Shown here: positions 43,001 through 58,000 of the stretch, in pieces | How positions within the stretch are numbered: position 1 is the stretch's first letter | Layout of the letters: each line of letters starts with the position of its first letter | Assembly: GCF_009914755.1 (NCBI RefSeq) | Contig: NC_060925.1 | Direction: 5' to 3' (one strand) | DNA length: 64,000 nucleotides | DNA from: the human T2T-CHM13v2.0 reference genome, Homo sapiens | The notes under the pieces: generated by a model | What the model saw: the letters and a program-made list of their open reading frames with translations, nothing else | What the model was told of the DNA's origin: nothing | The model's database searches: none | Made by a program: the position numbers and the translations under genes

Positions 43001-46000
43001 ACAGTCAATGAACTCGAATGGAATCATCATTGAATGGAATCGAATGGAATCATCGAGTGGAATCGAATGGAATTATGATCAAATGGAATCGAATGTAATC
43101 ATCATCAAATGGAATCAAAAATAACCATCATCAATTGGTATTGAATGGAATTGTCATCAAATGGAATTCAAAGGAAACATCATCAAATGGAACCGAATGG
43201 AATCCTCATTGAATGGAAATGAAAGGGGTCATCATCTAATGGAATCGCATGGAATCATCATCAAATGGAATCGAATGGAATCATCATCAAATGGAATCAA
43301 ATGGAATTATTGAACAGAATTGAATGGAATCGTCATCGAATGAATTGAATGCAATCATCGAATGGTCTCGAATGGAATCATCTTCTACTGGAAAGGAATG
43401 GAATCATCGCATAGAATCGAATGGAATTATCATCGAATGGAATCGAATGGTATGAACACCAAACGGAAAAAAACGGAATTATCGAATGGAATCGAAGAGA
43501 ATCTTCGAACGGACCCGAATGGAATCATCTAATGGAATGGAACGGAATAATCCATGGACTCGAATGCAATCATCATCGAATGGAATGGAATGGAATCATC
43601 GAATGGACTCGAATGGAATAATCATTGAACGGAATCGAATGGAATCATCATCGGATGGAAACGAATGGAATCATCATCGAATGGAAATGAAAGGAGTCAT
43701 CATCTAATGGAATTGCATGGAATCATCATCAAATGGAATCGAATGGAATCAACATCAAATGGAATCAAATGGAATCATTGAACGGAATTGAATGGAATCG
43801 TCATCGAATGAATTGACTGCAATCATCGAATGGTCTCGAATGGAATCATCTTCAAATGGAATGGAATGGAATCATCGCATAGAATCGAATGGAATTATCA
43901 TCGAATGGAATCGAATGGAATCAACATCAAACGGAAAAAAACGGAATTATCGAATGGAATCGAAGAGAATCATCGAATGGACCCGAATGGAATCATCTAA
44001 TGGAATGGAATGGAATAATCCATGGACTCGAATGCAATCATCATCGAATGGAATCGAATGGAATCATCGAATGGACTCGAATGGAATAATCATTGAACGG
44101 AATCGAATGGAATCATCATCGGATGGAAATGAATGGAATCATCATCGAATGGAATCGAATAGAATTATGGAATGAAATCCAGTGTGATCATCATCGAATG
44201 GACCCGAATGGAATCATCATCCAACGGAAGCTAATGGAATCAACATCGAATGAATCGAATGGAAACACCATCGAATTGAAACGAATGGAATTATCATGAA
44301 ATTGAAATGGATGGACTCATCATCGAATGGATTCGAATGGAATCATCGAATAAAATTGATTGAAATCATCATCCAATGGAATCGAATGGTATCATTGAAT
44401 GGAATCGAATGGAATCATCATCAGATGGAAATGAATGGAATCGTCATAGAATGGAATCGAATGGATTCATTGAATGGAATCAGATGGAATCATCGAATGG
44501 ACTGGAATGGAATCATTGAATGGACTCGAAAGGGATCATGATTGAATGGAATTGAATGGAATCATCGAATGGTCTCGATTGGAATCATTATCAAATGGAA
44601 TCGAATGGAATCACCGAATAGAATCGAATGGAACAATCATCGAATGGACTCAAATGGAATTATCCTCCAATGGAATCGAATGGAATTATCGAATGCAATC
44701 GAATGGAATTATCGAATGCAATCGAATAGAATCATCGAATGGACTCGAATGGAATCATCGAATGGAATGGAATGGAACAGTCAATGAACTCGAATGGAAT
44801 CATCATTGAATGGAATCGAATGGAATCATCGAGTGGAATCGAATGGAATTATGATCAAATGGAATCGAATGTAATCCTCATCAAATGGAATCAAAAATAA
44901 CCATCATCAATTGGTATTGAATGGAATTGTCATCAAATGGAATTCAAAGGAATCATCATCAAATGGAACCGAATGGAATCCTCATTGAATGGAAATGAAA
45001 GGGGTCATCATCTAATGGAATCGCATGGAATCATCATCAAATGGAATCGAATGGAATCATCATCAAATGGAATCTAATGGAATCATTGAACAGAATTGAA
45101 TGGAATCGTCATCGAATGAATTGAATGCAATCATCGAATGGTCTCGAATGGAATCATCTTCTAATGGAAAGGAATGGAATCATCGCATAGAATCGAATGG
45201 AATTATCATCGAATGGAATCGAATGGTATCAACACCAAACGGAAAAAAACGGAATTATCGAATGGAATCGAAGAGAATCTTCGAACGGACCCGAATGGAA
45301 TCATCTAATGGAATGGAATGGAATAATCCATGGACTCGAATGCAATCATCATCGAATGGAATGGAATGGAATCATCGAATGGACTCGAATGGAATAATCA
45401 TTGAACGGAATCGAATGGAATCATCATCGGATGGAAACGAATGGAATCATCATCGAATGGAAATGAAAGGAGTCATCATCTAATGGAATTGCATGGAATC
45501 ATCATCAAATGGAATCGAATGGAATCAACATCAAATGGAATCAAATGGAATCATTGAACGGAATTGAATGGAATCGTCATCGAATGAATTGACTGCAATC
45601 ATCGAATGGTCTCGAATGGAATCATCTTCAAATGGAATGGAATGGAATCATCGCATAGAATCGAATGGAATTATCATCGAATGGAATCGAATGGAATCAA
45701 CATCAAACGGAAAAAAACGGAATTATCGAATGGAATCGAAGAGAATCATCGAATGGACCCGAATGGAATCATCTAATGGAATGGAATGGAATAATCCATG
45801 GACTCGAATGCAATCATCATCGAATGGAATCGAATGGAATCATCGAATGGACTCGAATGGAATAATCATTGAACGGAATCGAATGGAATCATCATCGGAT
45901 GGAAATGAATGGAATCATCATCGAATGGAATCGAATAGAATTATGGAATGAAATCCAGTGTGATCATCATCGAATGGACCCGAATGGAATCATCATCCAA

Positions 46001-47722
46001 CGGAAGCTAATGGAATCAACATCGAATGAATCGAATGGAAACACCATCGAATTGAAACGAATGGAATTATCATGAAATTGAAATGGATGGACTCATCATC
46101 GAATGGATTCGAATGGAATCATCGAATAAAATTGATTGAAATCATCATCCAATGGAATCGAATGGTATCATTGAATGGAATCGAATGGAATCATCATCAG
46201 ATGGAAATGAATGGAATCGTCATAGAATGGAATCGAATGGATTCATTGAATGGAATCAGATGGAATCATCGAATGGACTGGAATGGAATCATTGAATGGA
46301 CTCGAAAGGGATCATGATTGAATGGAATTGAATGGAATCATCGAATGGTCTCGATTGGAATCATTATCAAATGGAATCGAATGGAATCACCGAATAGAAT
46401 CGAATGGAACAATCATCGAATGGACTCAAATGGAATTATCCTCAAATGGAATCGAATGGAATTATCGAATGCAATCGAATGGAATTATCGAATGCAATCG
46501 AATAGAATGATCGAATGGACTCGAATGGAATCATCGAATGGAATGGAATGGAACAGTCAATGAACTCGAATGGAATCATCATTGAATGGAATCGAATGGA
46601 ATCATCGAGTGGAATCGAATGGAATTATGATCAAATGCAATCGAATGTAATCCTCATCAAATGGAATCAAAAATAACCATCATCAATTGGTATTGAATGG
46701 AATTGTCATCAAATGGAATTCAAAGGAATCATCATCAAATGGAACCGAATGGAATCCTCATTGAATGGAAATGAAAGGGGTCATCATCTAATGGAATCGC
46801 ATGGAATCATCATCAAATGGAATCGAATGGAATCATCATCAAATGGAATCTAATGGAATCATTGAACAGAATTGAATGGAATCGTCATCGAATGAATTGA
46901 ATGCAATCATCGAATGGTCTCGAATGTAATCATCTTCTAATGGAAAGGAATGGAATCATCGCATAGAATCGAATGGAATTATCATCGAATGGAATCGAAT
47001 GGTATCAACACCAAACGGAAAAAAACGGAATTATCGAATGGAATCGAAGAGAATCTTCGAACGGACCCGAATGGAATCATCTAATGGAATGGAATGGAAT
47101 AATCCATGGACTCGAATGCAATCATCATCGAATGGAATCGAATGGAGTCATCGAATGGACTCGAATGGAATAATCATTGAACGGAATCGAATGGAATCAT
47201 CATCGGATGGAAACGAATGGAATCATCATCGAATGGAAATGAAAGGAGTCATCATCTAACGGAATTGCATGGAATCATCATAAAATGGAATCGAATGGAA
47301 TCAACATCAAATGGAATCAAATGGAATCATTGAACGGAATTGAATGGAATCGTCATCGAATGAATTGACTGCAATCATCCAATGGTCTCGAATGGAATCA
47401 TCTTCAAATGGAATGGAATGGAATCATCGCATAGAATCGAATGGAATTATCATCGAATGGAATCGAATGGAATCAACATCAAACGGAAAAAAACGGAATT
47501 ATCGAATGGAATCGAAGAGAATCATCGAATGGACCCGAATGGAATCATCTAATGGAATGGAATGGAATAATCCATGGACTCGAATGCAATCATCATCGAA
47601 TGGAATCGAATGGAATCATCGAATGGACTCGAATGGAATAATCATTGAACGGAATCGAATGGAATCATCATCGGATGGAAATGAATGGAATCATCATCGA
47701 ATGGAATCGAATAGAATTATGG

Positions 47723-49030
47723 AATGAAATCCAGTGTGATCATCATCGAATGGACCCGAATGGAATCATCATCCAACGGAAGCTAATGGAATCAACATCG
47801 AATGAATCGAATGGAAACACCATCGAATTGAAACGAATGGAATTATCATGAAATTGAAATGGATGGACTCATCATCGAATGGATTCGAATGGAATCATCG
47901 AATAAAATTGATTGAAATCATCATCCAATGGAATCGAATGGTATCATTGAATGGAATCGAATGGAATCATCATCAGATGGAAATGAATGGAATCGTCATA
48001 GAATGGAATCGAATGGATTCATTGAATGGAATCAGATGGAATCATCGAATGGACTGGAATGGAATCATTGAATGGACTCGAAAGGGATCATGATTGAATG
48101 GAATTGAATGGAATCATCGAATGGTCTCGATTGGAATCATTATCAAATGGAATCGAATGGAATCACCGAATAGAATCGAATGGAACAATCATCGAATGGA
48201 CTCAAATGGAATTATCCTCCAATGGAATCGAATGGAATTATCGAATGCAATCGAATGGAATTATCGAATGCAATCGAATAGAATCATCGAAAGGACTCGA
48301 ATGGAATCATCGAATGGAATGGAATGGAACAGTCAATGAACTCGAATGGAATCATCATTGAATGGAATCGAATGGAATCATCGAGTGGAAACGAATGGAA
48401 TTATGATCAAATGGAATCGAATGGAATCATCATCAAATGGAATCAAAAATAACCATCATCAATTGGTATTGAATGGAATTGTCATCAAATGGAATTCAAA
48501 GGAATCATCATCAAATGGAACCGAATGGAATCCTCATTGAATGGAAATGAAAGGGGTCATCATCTAATGGAATCGCATGGAATCATCATCAAATGGAATC
48601 GAATGGAATCATCATCAAATGGAATCTAATGGAATCATTGAACAGAATTGAATGGAATCGTCATCGAATGAATTGAATGCAATCATCGAATGGTCTCGAA
48701 TGGAATCATCTTCAAATGGAATGGAATGGAATCATCGCATAGAATCGAATGGAATTATCATCGAATGGAATCGAATGGAATCAACATCAAACGGAAAAAA
48801 ACGGAATTATCGAATGGAATCGAAGAGAATCATCGAATGGACCCGAATGGAATCATCTAATGGAATGGAATGGAATAATCCATGGACTCGAATGCAATCA
48901 TCATCGAATGGAATCGAATGGAATCATCGAATGGACTCGAATGGAATAATCATTGAACGGAATCGAATGGAATCATCATCGGATGGAAATGAATGGAATC
49001 ATCATCGAATGGAATCGAATAGAATTATGG
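47723..49030 (+). repeat. Second contracted 1308-bp unit
   Basis: Only one subunit landmark (48652); same A-head/B-body structure as 35758-37065. Confidence 0.95.
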
Positions 49031-52000
49031 AATGAAATCCAGTGTGATCATCATCGAATGGACCCGAATGGAATCATCATCCAACGGAAGCTAATGGAAT
49101 CAACATCGAATGAATCGAATGGAAACACCATCGAATTGAAACGAATGGAATTATCATGAAATTGAAATGGATGGACTCATCATCGAATGGATTCGAATGG
49201 AATCATCGAATAAAATTGATTGAAATCATCATCCAATGGAATCGAATGGTATCATTGAATGGAATCGAATGGAATCATCATCAGATGGAAATGAATGGAA
49301 TCGTCATAGAATGGAATCGAATGGATTCATTGAATGGAATCAGATGGAATCATCGAATGGACTGGAATGGAATCATTGAATGGACTCGAAAGGGATCATG
49401 ATTGAATGGAATTGAATGGAATCATCGAATGGTCTCGATTGGAATCATTATCAAATGGAATCGAATGGAATCACCGAATAGAATCGAATGGAACAATCAT
49501 CGAATGGACTCAAATGGAATTATCCTCAAATGGAATCGAATGGAATTATCGAATGCAATCGAATGGAATTATCGAATGCAATCGAATAGAATCATCGAAT
49601 GGACTCGAATGGAATCATCGAATGGAATGGAATGGAACAGTCAATGAACTCGAATGGAATCATCATTGAATGGAATCGAATGGAATCATCGAGTGGAATC
49701 GAATGGAATTATGATCAAATGCAATCGAATGTAATCCTCATCAAATGGAATCAAAAATAACCATCATCAATTGGTATTGAATGGAATTGTCATCAAATGG
49801 AATTCAAAGGAATCATCATCAAATGGAACCGAATGGAATCCTCATTGAATGGAAATGAAAGGGGTCATCATCTAATGGAATCGCATGGAATCATCATCAA
49901 ATGGAATCGAATGGAATCATCATCAAATGGAATCTAATGGAATCATTGAACAGAATTGAATGGAATCGTCATCGAATGAATTGAATGCAATCATCGAATG
50001 GTCTCGAATGGAATCATCTTCTAATGGAAAGGAATGGAATCATCGCATAGAATCGAATGGAATTATCATCGAATGGAATCGAATGGTATCAACACCAAAC
50101 GGAAAAAAACGGAATTATCGAATGGAATCGAAGAGAATCTTCGAACGGACCCGAATGGAATCATCTAATGGAATGGAATGGAATAATCCATGGACTCGAA
50201 TGCAATCATCATCGAATGGAATCGAATGGAGTCATCGAATGGACTCGAATGGAATAATCATTGAACGGAATCGAATGGAATCATCATCGGATGGAAACGA
50301 ATGGAATCATCATCGAATGGAAATGAAAGGAGTCATCATCTAATGGAATTGCATGGAATCATCATAAAATGGAATCGAATGGAATCAACATCAAATGGAA
50401 TCAAATGGAATCATTGAACGGAATTGAATGGAATCGTCATCGAATGAATTGACTGCAATCATCCAATGGTCTCGAATGGAATCATCTTCAAATGGAATGG
50501 AATGGAATCATCGCATAGAATCGAATGGAATTATCATCGAATGGAATCGAATGGAATCAACATCAAACGGAAAAAAACGGAATTATCGAATGGAATCGAA
50601 GAGAATCATCGAATGGACCCGAATGGAATCATCTAATGGAATGGAATGGAATAATCCATGGACTCGAATGCAATCATCATCGAATGGAATCGAATGGAAT
50701 CATCGAATGGACTCGAATGGAATAATCATTGAACGGAATCGAATGGAATCATCATCGGATGGAAATGAATGGAATCATCATCGAATGGAATCGAATAGAA
50801 TTATGGAATGAAATCCAGTGTGATCATCATCGAATGGACCCGAATGGAATCATCATCCAACGGAAGCTAATGGAATCAACATCGAATGAATCGAATGGAA
50901 ACACCATCGAATTGAAACGAATGGAATTATCATGAAATTGAAATGGATGGACTCATCATCGAATGGATTCGAATGGAATCATCGAATAAAATTGATTGAA
51001 ATCATCATCCAATGGAATCGAATGGTATCATTGAATGGAATCGAATGGAATCATCATCAGATGGAAATGAATGGAATCGTCATAGAATGGAATCGAATGG
51101 ATTCATTGAATGGAATCAGATGGAATCATCGAATGGACTGGAATGGAATCATTGAATGGACTCGAAAGGGATCATGATTGAATGGAATTGAATGAAATCA
51201 TCGAATGGTCTCGATTGGAATCATTATCAAATGGAATCGAATGGAATCACCGAATAGAATCGAATGGAACAATCATCGAATGGACTCAAATGGAATTATC
51301 CTCCAATGGAATCGAATGGAATTATCGAATGCAATCGAATGGAATTATCGAATGCAATCGAATAGAATCATCGAAAGGACTCGAATGGAATCATCGAATG
51401 GAATGGAATGGAACAGTCAATGAACTCGAATGGAATCATCATTGAATGGAATCGAATGGAATCATCGAGTGGAAACGAATGGAATTATGATCAAATGGAA
51501 TCGAATGGAATCATCATCAAATGGAATCAAAAATAACCATCATCAATTGGTATTGAATGGAATTGTCATCAAATGGAATTCAAAGGAATCATCATCAAAT
51601 GGAACCGAATGGAATCCTCATTGAATGGAAATGAAAGGGGTCATCATCTAATGGAATCGCATGGAATCATCATCAAATGGAATCGAATGGAATCATCATC
51701 AAATGGAATCTAATGGAATCATTGAACAGAATTGAATGGAATCGTCATCGAATGAATTGAATGCAATCATCGAATGGTCTCGAATGGAATCATCTTCTAA
51801 TGGAAAGGAATGGAATCATCGCATAGAATCGAATGGAATTATCATCGAATGGAATCGAATGGTATCAACACCAAACGGAAAAAAACGGAATTATCGAATG
51901 GAATCGAAGAGAATCTTCGAACGGACCCGAATGGAATCATCTAATGGAATGGAATGGAATAATCCATGGACTCGAATGCAATCATCATCGAATGGAATGG

Positions 52001-55000
52001 AATGGAATCATCGAATGGACTCGAATGGAATAATCATTGAACGGAATCGAATGGAATCATCATCGGATGGAAACGAATGGAATCATCATCGAATGGAAAT
52101 GAAAGGAGTCATCATCTAATGGAATTGCATGGAATCATCATAAAATGGAATCGAATGGAATCAACATCAAATGGAATCAAATGGAATCATTGAACGGAAT
52201 TGAATGGAATCGTCATCGAATGAATTGACTGCAATCATCGAATGGTCTCGAATGGAATCATCTTCAAATGGAATGGAATGGAATCATCGCATAGAATCGA
52301 ATGGAATTATCATCGAATGGAATCGAATGGAATCAACATCCAACGGAAAAAAACGGAATTATCGAATGGAATCGAAGAGAATCATCGAATGGACCCGAAT
52401 GGAATCATCTAATGGAATGGAATGGAATAATCCATGGACTCGAATGCAATCATCATCGAATGGAATCGAATGGAATCATCGAATGGACTCGAATGGAATA
52501 ATCATTGAACGGAATCGAATGGAATCATCATCGGATGGAAATGAATGGAATCATCATCGAATGGAATCGAATAGAATTATGGAATGAAATCCAGTGTGAT
52601 CATCATCGAATGGACCCGAATGGAATCATCATCCAACGGAAGCTAATGGAATCAACATCGAATGAATCGAATGGAAACACCATCGAATTGAAACGAATGG
52701 AATTATCATGAAATTGAAATGGATGGACTCATCATCGAATGGATTCGAATGGAATCATCGAATAAAATTGATTGAAATCATCATCCAATGGAATCGAATG
52801 GTATCATTGAATGGAATCGAATGGAATCATCATCAGATGGAAATGAATGGAATCGTCATAGAATGGAATCGAATGGATTCATTGAATGGAATCAGATGGA
52901 ATCATCGAATGGACTGGAATGGAATCATTGAATGGACTCGAAAGGGATCATGATTGAATGGAATTGAATGGAATCACCGAATGGTCTCGATTGGAATCAT
53001 TATCAAATGGAATCGAATGGAATCACCGAATAGAATCGAATGGAACAATCATCGAATGGACTCAAATGGAATTATCCTCAAATGGAATCGAATGGAATTA
53101 TCGAATGCAATCGAATGGAATTATCGAATGCAATCGAATAGAATCATCGAAAGGACTCGAATGGAATCATCGAATGGAATGGAATGGAACAGTCAATGAA
53201 CACGAACGGAATCATCATTGAATGGAATCGAATGGAATCATCGAGTGGAATCGAATGGAATTATGATCAAATGGAATCGAATGTAATCCTCATCAAATGG
53301 AATCAAAAATAACCATCATCAATTGGTATTGAATGGAATTGTCATCAAATGGAATTCAAAGGAATCATCATCAAATGGAACCGAATGGAATCCTCATTGA
53401 ATGGAAATGAAAGGGGTCATCATCTAATGGAATCGCATGAATCATCATCAAATGGAATCGAATGGAATCATCATCAAATGGAATCTAATGGAATCATTGA
53501 ACAGAATTGAATGGAATCGTCATCGAATGAATTGAATGCAATCATCGAATGGTCTCGAATGGAATCATCTTCTAATGGAAAGGAATGGAATCATCGCATA
53601 GAATCGAATGGAATTATCATCGAATGGAATCGAATGGTATCAACACCAAACGGAAAAAAACGGAATTATCGAATGGAATCGAAGAGAATCTTCGAACGGA
53701 CCCGAATGGAATCATCTAATGGAATGGAATGGAATAATCCATGGACTCGAATGCAATCATCATCGAATGGAATGGAATGGAGTCATCGAATGGACTCGAA
53801 TGGAATAATCATTGAACGGAATCGAATGGAATCATCATCGGATGGAAACGAATGGAATCATCATCGAATGGAAATGAAAGGAGTCATCATCTAATGGAAT
53901 TGCATGGAATCATCATCAAATGGAATCGAATGGAATCAACATCAAATGGAATCAAATGGAATCATTGAACGGAATTGAATGGAATCGTCATCGAATGAAT
54001 TGACTGCAATCATCGAATGGTCTCGAATGGAATCATCTTCAAATGGAATGGAATGGAATCATCGCATAGAATCGAATGGAATTATCATCGAATGGAATCG
54101 AATGGAATCAACATCAAACGGAAAAAAACGGAATTATCGAATGGAATCGAAGAGAATCATCGAATGGACCCGAATGGAATCATCTAATGGAATGGAATGG
54201 AATAATCCATGGACTCGAATGCAATCATCATCGAATGGAATCGAATGGAATCATCGAATGGACTCGAATGGAATAATCATTGAACGGAATCGAATGGAAT
54301 CATCATCGGATGGAAATGAATGGAATCATCATCGAATGGAATCGAATAGAATTATGGAATGAAATCCAGTGTGATCATCATCGAATGGACCCGAATGGAA
54401 TCATCATCCAACGGAAGCTAATGGAATCAACATCGAATGAATCGAATGGAAACACCATCGAATTGAAACGAATGGAATTATCATGAAATTGAAATGGATG
54501 GACTCATCATCGAATGGATTCGAATGGAATCATCGAATAAAATTGATTGAAATCATCATCCAATGGAATCGAATGGTATCATTGAATGGAATCGAATGGA
54601 ATCATCATCAGATGGAAATGAATGGAATCGTCATAGAATGGAATCGAATGGATTCATTGAATGGAATCAGATGGAATCATCGAATGGACTGGAATGGAAT
54701 CATTGAATGGACTCGAAAGGGATCATTATTGAATGGAATTGAATGGAATCATCGAATGGTCTCGATTGGAATCATTATCAAATGGAATCGAATGGAATCA
54801 CCGAATAGAATCGAATGGAACAATCATCGAATGGACTCAAATGGAATTATCCTCCAATGGAATCGAATGGAATTATCGAATGCAATCGAATGGAATTATC
54901 GAATGCAATCGAATAGAATCATCGAATGGACTCGAATGGAATCATCGAATGGAATGGAATGGAACAGTCAATGAACTCGAACGGAATCATCATTGAATGG

Positions 55001-58000
55001 AATCGAATGGAATCATCGAGTGGAATCGAATGGAATTATGATCAAATGGAATCGAATGTAATCATCATCAAATGGAATCAAAAATAACCATCTTCAATTG
55101 GTATTGAATGGAATTGTCATCAAATGGAATTCAAAGGAATCATCATCAAATGGAACCGAATGGAATCCTCATTGAATGGAAATGAAAGGGGTCATCATCT
55201 AATGGAATCGCATGGAATCATCATCAAATGGAATCGAATGGAATCATCATCAAATGGAATCTAATGGAATCATTGAACAGAATTGAATGGAATCGTCATC
55301 GAATGAATTGAATGCAATCATCGAATGGTCTCGAATGGAATCATCTTCTAATGGAAAGGAATGGAATCATCGCATAGAATCGAATGGAATTATCATCGAA
55401 TGGAATCGAATGGTATCAACACCAAACGGAAAAAAACGGAATTATCGAATGGAATCGAAGAGAATCTTCGAACGGACCCGAATGGAATCATCTAATGGAA
55501 TGGAATGGAATAATCCATGGACTCGAATGCAATCATCATCGAATGGAATCGAATGGAATCATCGAATGGACTCGAATGGAATAATCATTGAACGGAATCG
55601 AATGGAATCATCATCGGATGGAAACGAATGGAATCATCATCGAATGGAAGTGAAAGGAGTCATCATCTAATGGAATTGCATGGAATCATCATCAAATGGA
55701 ATCGAATGGAATCAACATCAAATGGAATCAAATGGAATCATTGAACGGAATTGAATGGAATCGTCATCGAATGAATTGACTGCAATCATCGAATGGTCTC
55801 GAATGGAATCATCTTCAAATGGAATGGAATGGAATCATCGCATAGAATCGAATGGAATTATCATCGAATGGAATCGAATGGAATCAACATCAAACGGAAA
55901 AAAACGGAATTATCGAATGGAATCGAAGAGAATCATCGAATGGACCCGAATGGAATCATCTAATGGAATGGAATGGAATAATCCATGGACTCGAATGCAA
56001 TCATCATCGAATGGAATCGAATGGAATCATCGAATGGACTCGAATGGAATAATCATTGAACGGAAACGAATGGAATCATCATCGGATGGAAATGAATGGA
56101 ATCATCATGGAATGGAATCGAATAGAATTATGGAATGAAATCCAGTGTGATCATCATCGAATGGACCCGAATGGAATCATCATCCAACGGAAGCTAATGG
56201 AATCAACATCGAATGAATCGAATGGAAACACCATCGAATTGAAACGAATGGAATTATCATGAAATTGAAATGGATGGACTCATCATCGAATGGATTCGAA
56301 TGGAATCATCGAATAAAATTGATTGAAATCATCATCCAATGGAATCGAATGGTATCATTGAATGGAATCGAATGGAATCATCATCAGATGGAAATGAATG
56401 GAATCGTCATAGAATGGAATCGAATAGATTCATTGAATGGAATCAGATGGAATCATCGAATGGACTGGAATGGAATCATTGAATGGACTCGAAAGGGATC
56501 ATGATTGAATGGAATTGAATGGAATCATCGAATGGTCTGGATTGGAATCATTATCAAATGGAATCGAATGGAATCACCGAATAGAATCGAATGGAACAAT
56601 CATCGAATGGACTCAAATGGAATTATCCTCCAATGGAATCGAATGGAATTATCGAATGCAATCGAATGGAATTATCGAATGCAAACGAATAGAATCATCG
56701 AATGGACTCGAATGGAATCATCGAATGGAATGGAATGGAACAGTCAATGAACTCGAATGGAATCATCATTGAATGGAATAGAATGGAATCATCGAGTGGA
56801 ATCGAATGGAATTATGATCAAATGGAATCGAATATAATCATCATCAAATGGAATCAAAAATAACCATCATCAATTGGTATTGAATGGAATTCTCATCAAA
56901 TGGAATTCAAAGGAATCATCATCAAATGGAACTGAATGGAATCCTCATTGAATGGAAATGAAAGGGGTCATCATCTAATGGAATCGCATGGAATCATCAT
57001 CAAATGGAATCGAATGGAATCATCATCAAATGGAATCGAATGGAATCATTGAACAGAATTGAATGGAATGGTCATCGAATGAATTGAATGCAATCATCGA
57101 ATGGTCTCGAATGGAATCATCTTCTAATGGAAAGGAATGGAATCATCGCATAGAATCGAATGGAATTATCATCGAATGGAATCGAATGGTATGAACACCA
57201 AACGGAAAAAAACGGAATTATCGAATGGAATCGAAGAGAATCTTCGAACGGACCCGAATGGAATCATCTAATGGAATGGAATGGAATAATCCATGGACTC
57301 GAATGCAATCATCATCGAATGGAATGGAATGGAATCATCGAATGGACTCGAATGGAATAATCATTGAACGGAATCGAATGGAATCATCATCGGATGGAAA
57401 CGAATGGAATCATCATCGAATGGAAATGAAAGGAGTCATCATCTAATGGAATTGCATGGAATCATCATAAAATGGAATCGAATGGAATCAACATCAAATG
57501 GAATCAAATGGAATCATTGAACGGAATTGAATGGAATCGTCATCGAATGAATTGACTGCAATCATCGAATGGTCTCGAATGGAATCATCTTCAAATGGAA
57601 TGGAATGGAATCATCGCATAGAATCGAATGGAATTATCATCGAATGGAATCGAATGGAATCAACATCAAACGGAAAAAAAACGGAATTATCGAATGGAAT
57701 CGAAGAGAATCATCGAATGGACCCGAATGGAATCATCTAATGGAATGGAATGGAATAATCCATGGACTCGAATGCAATCATCATCGAATGGAATCGAATG
57801 GAATCATCGAATGGACTCGAATGGAATAATCATTGAACGGAATCGAATGGAATCATCATCGGATGGAAATGAATGGAATCATCATCGAATGGAATCGAAT
57901 AGAATTATGGAATGAAATCCAGTGTGATCATCATCGAATGGACCCGAATGGAATCATCATCCAACGGAAGCTAATGGAATCAACATCGAATGAATCGAAT

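Noticed and set aside
53431-53445. Single G deletion (cgcatGaatc) giving a 1775-bp unit
   Set aside because: An isolated 1-bp event with no pattern; it could be a private mutation or a consensus error.
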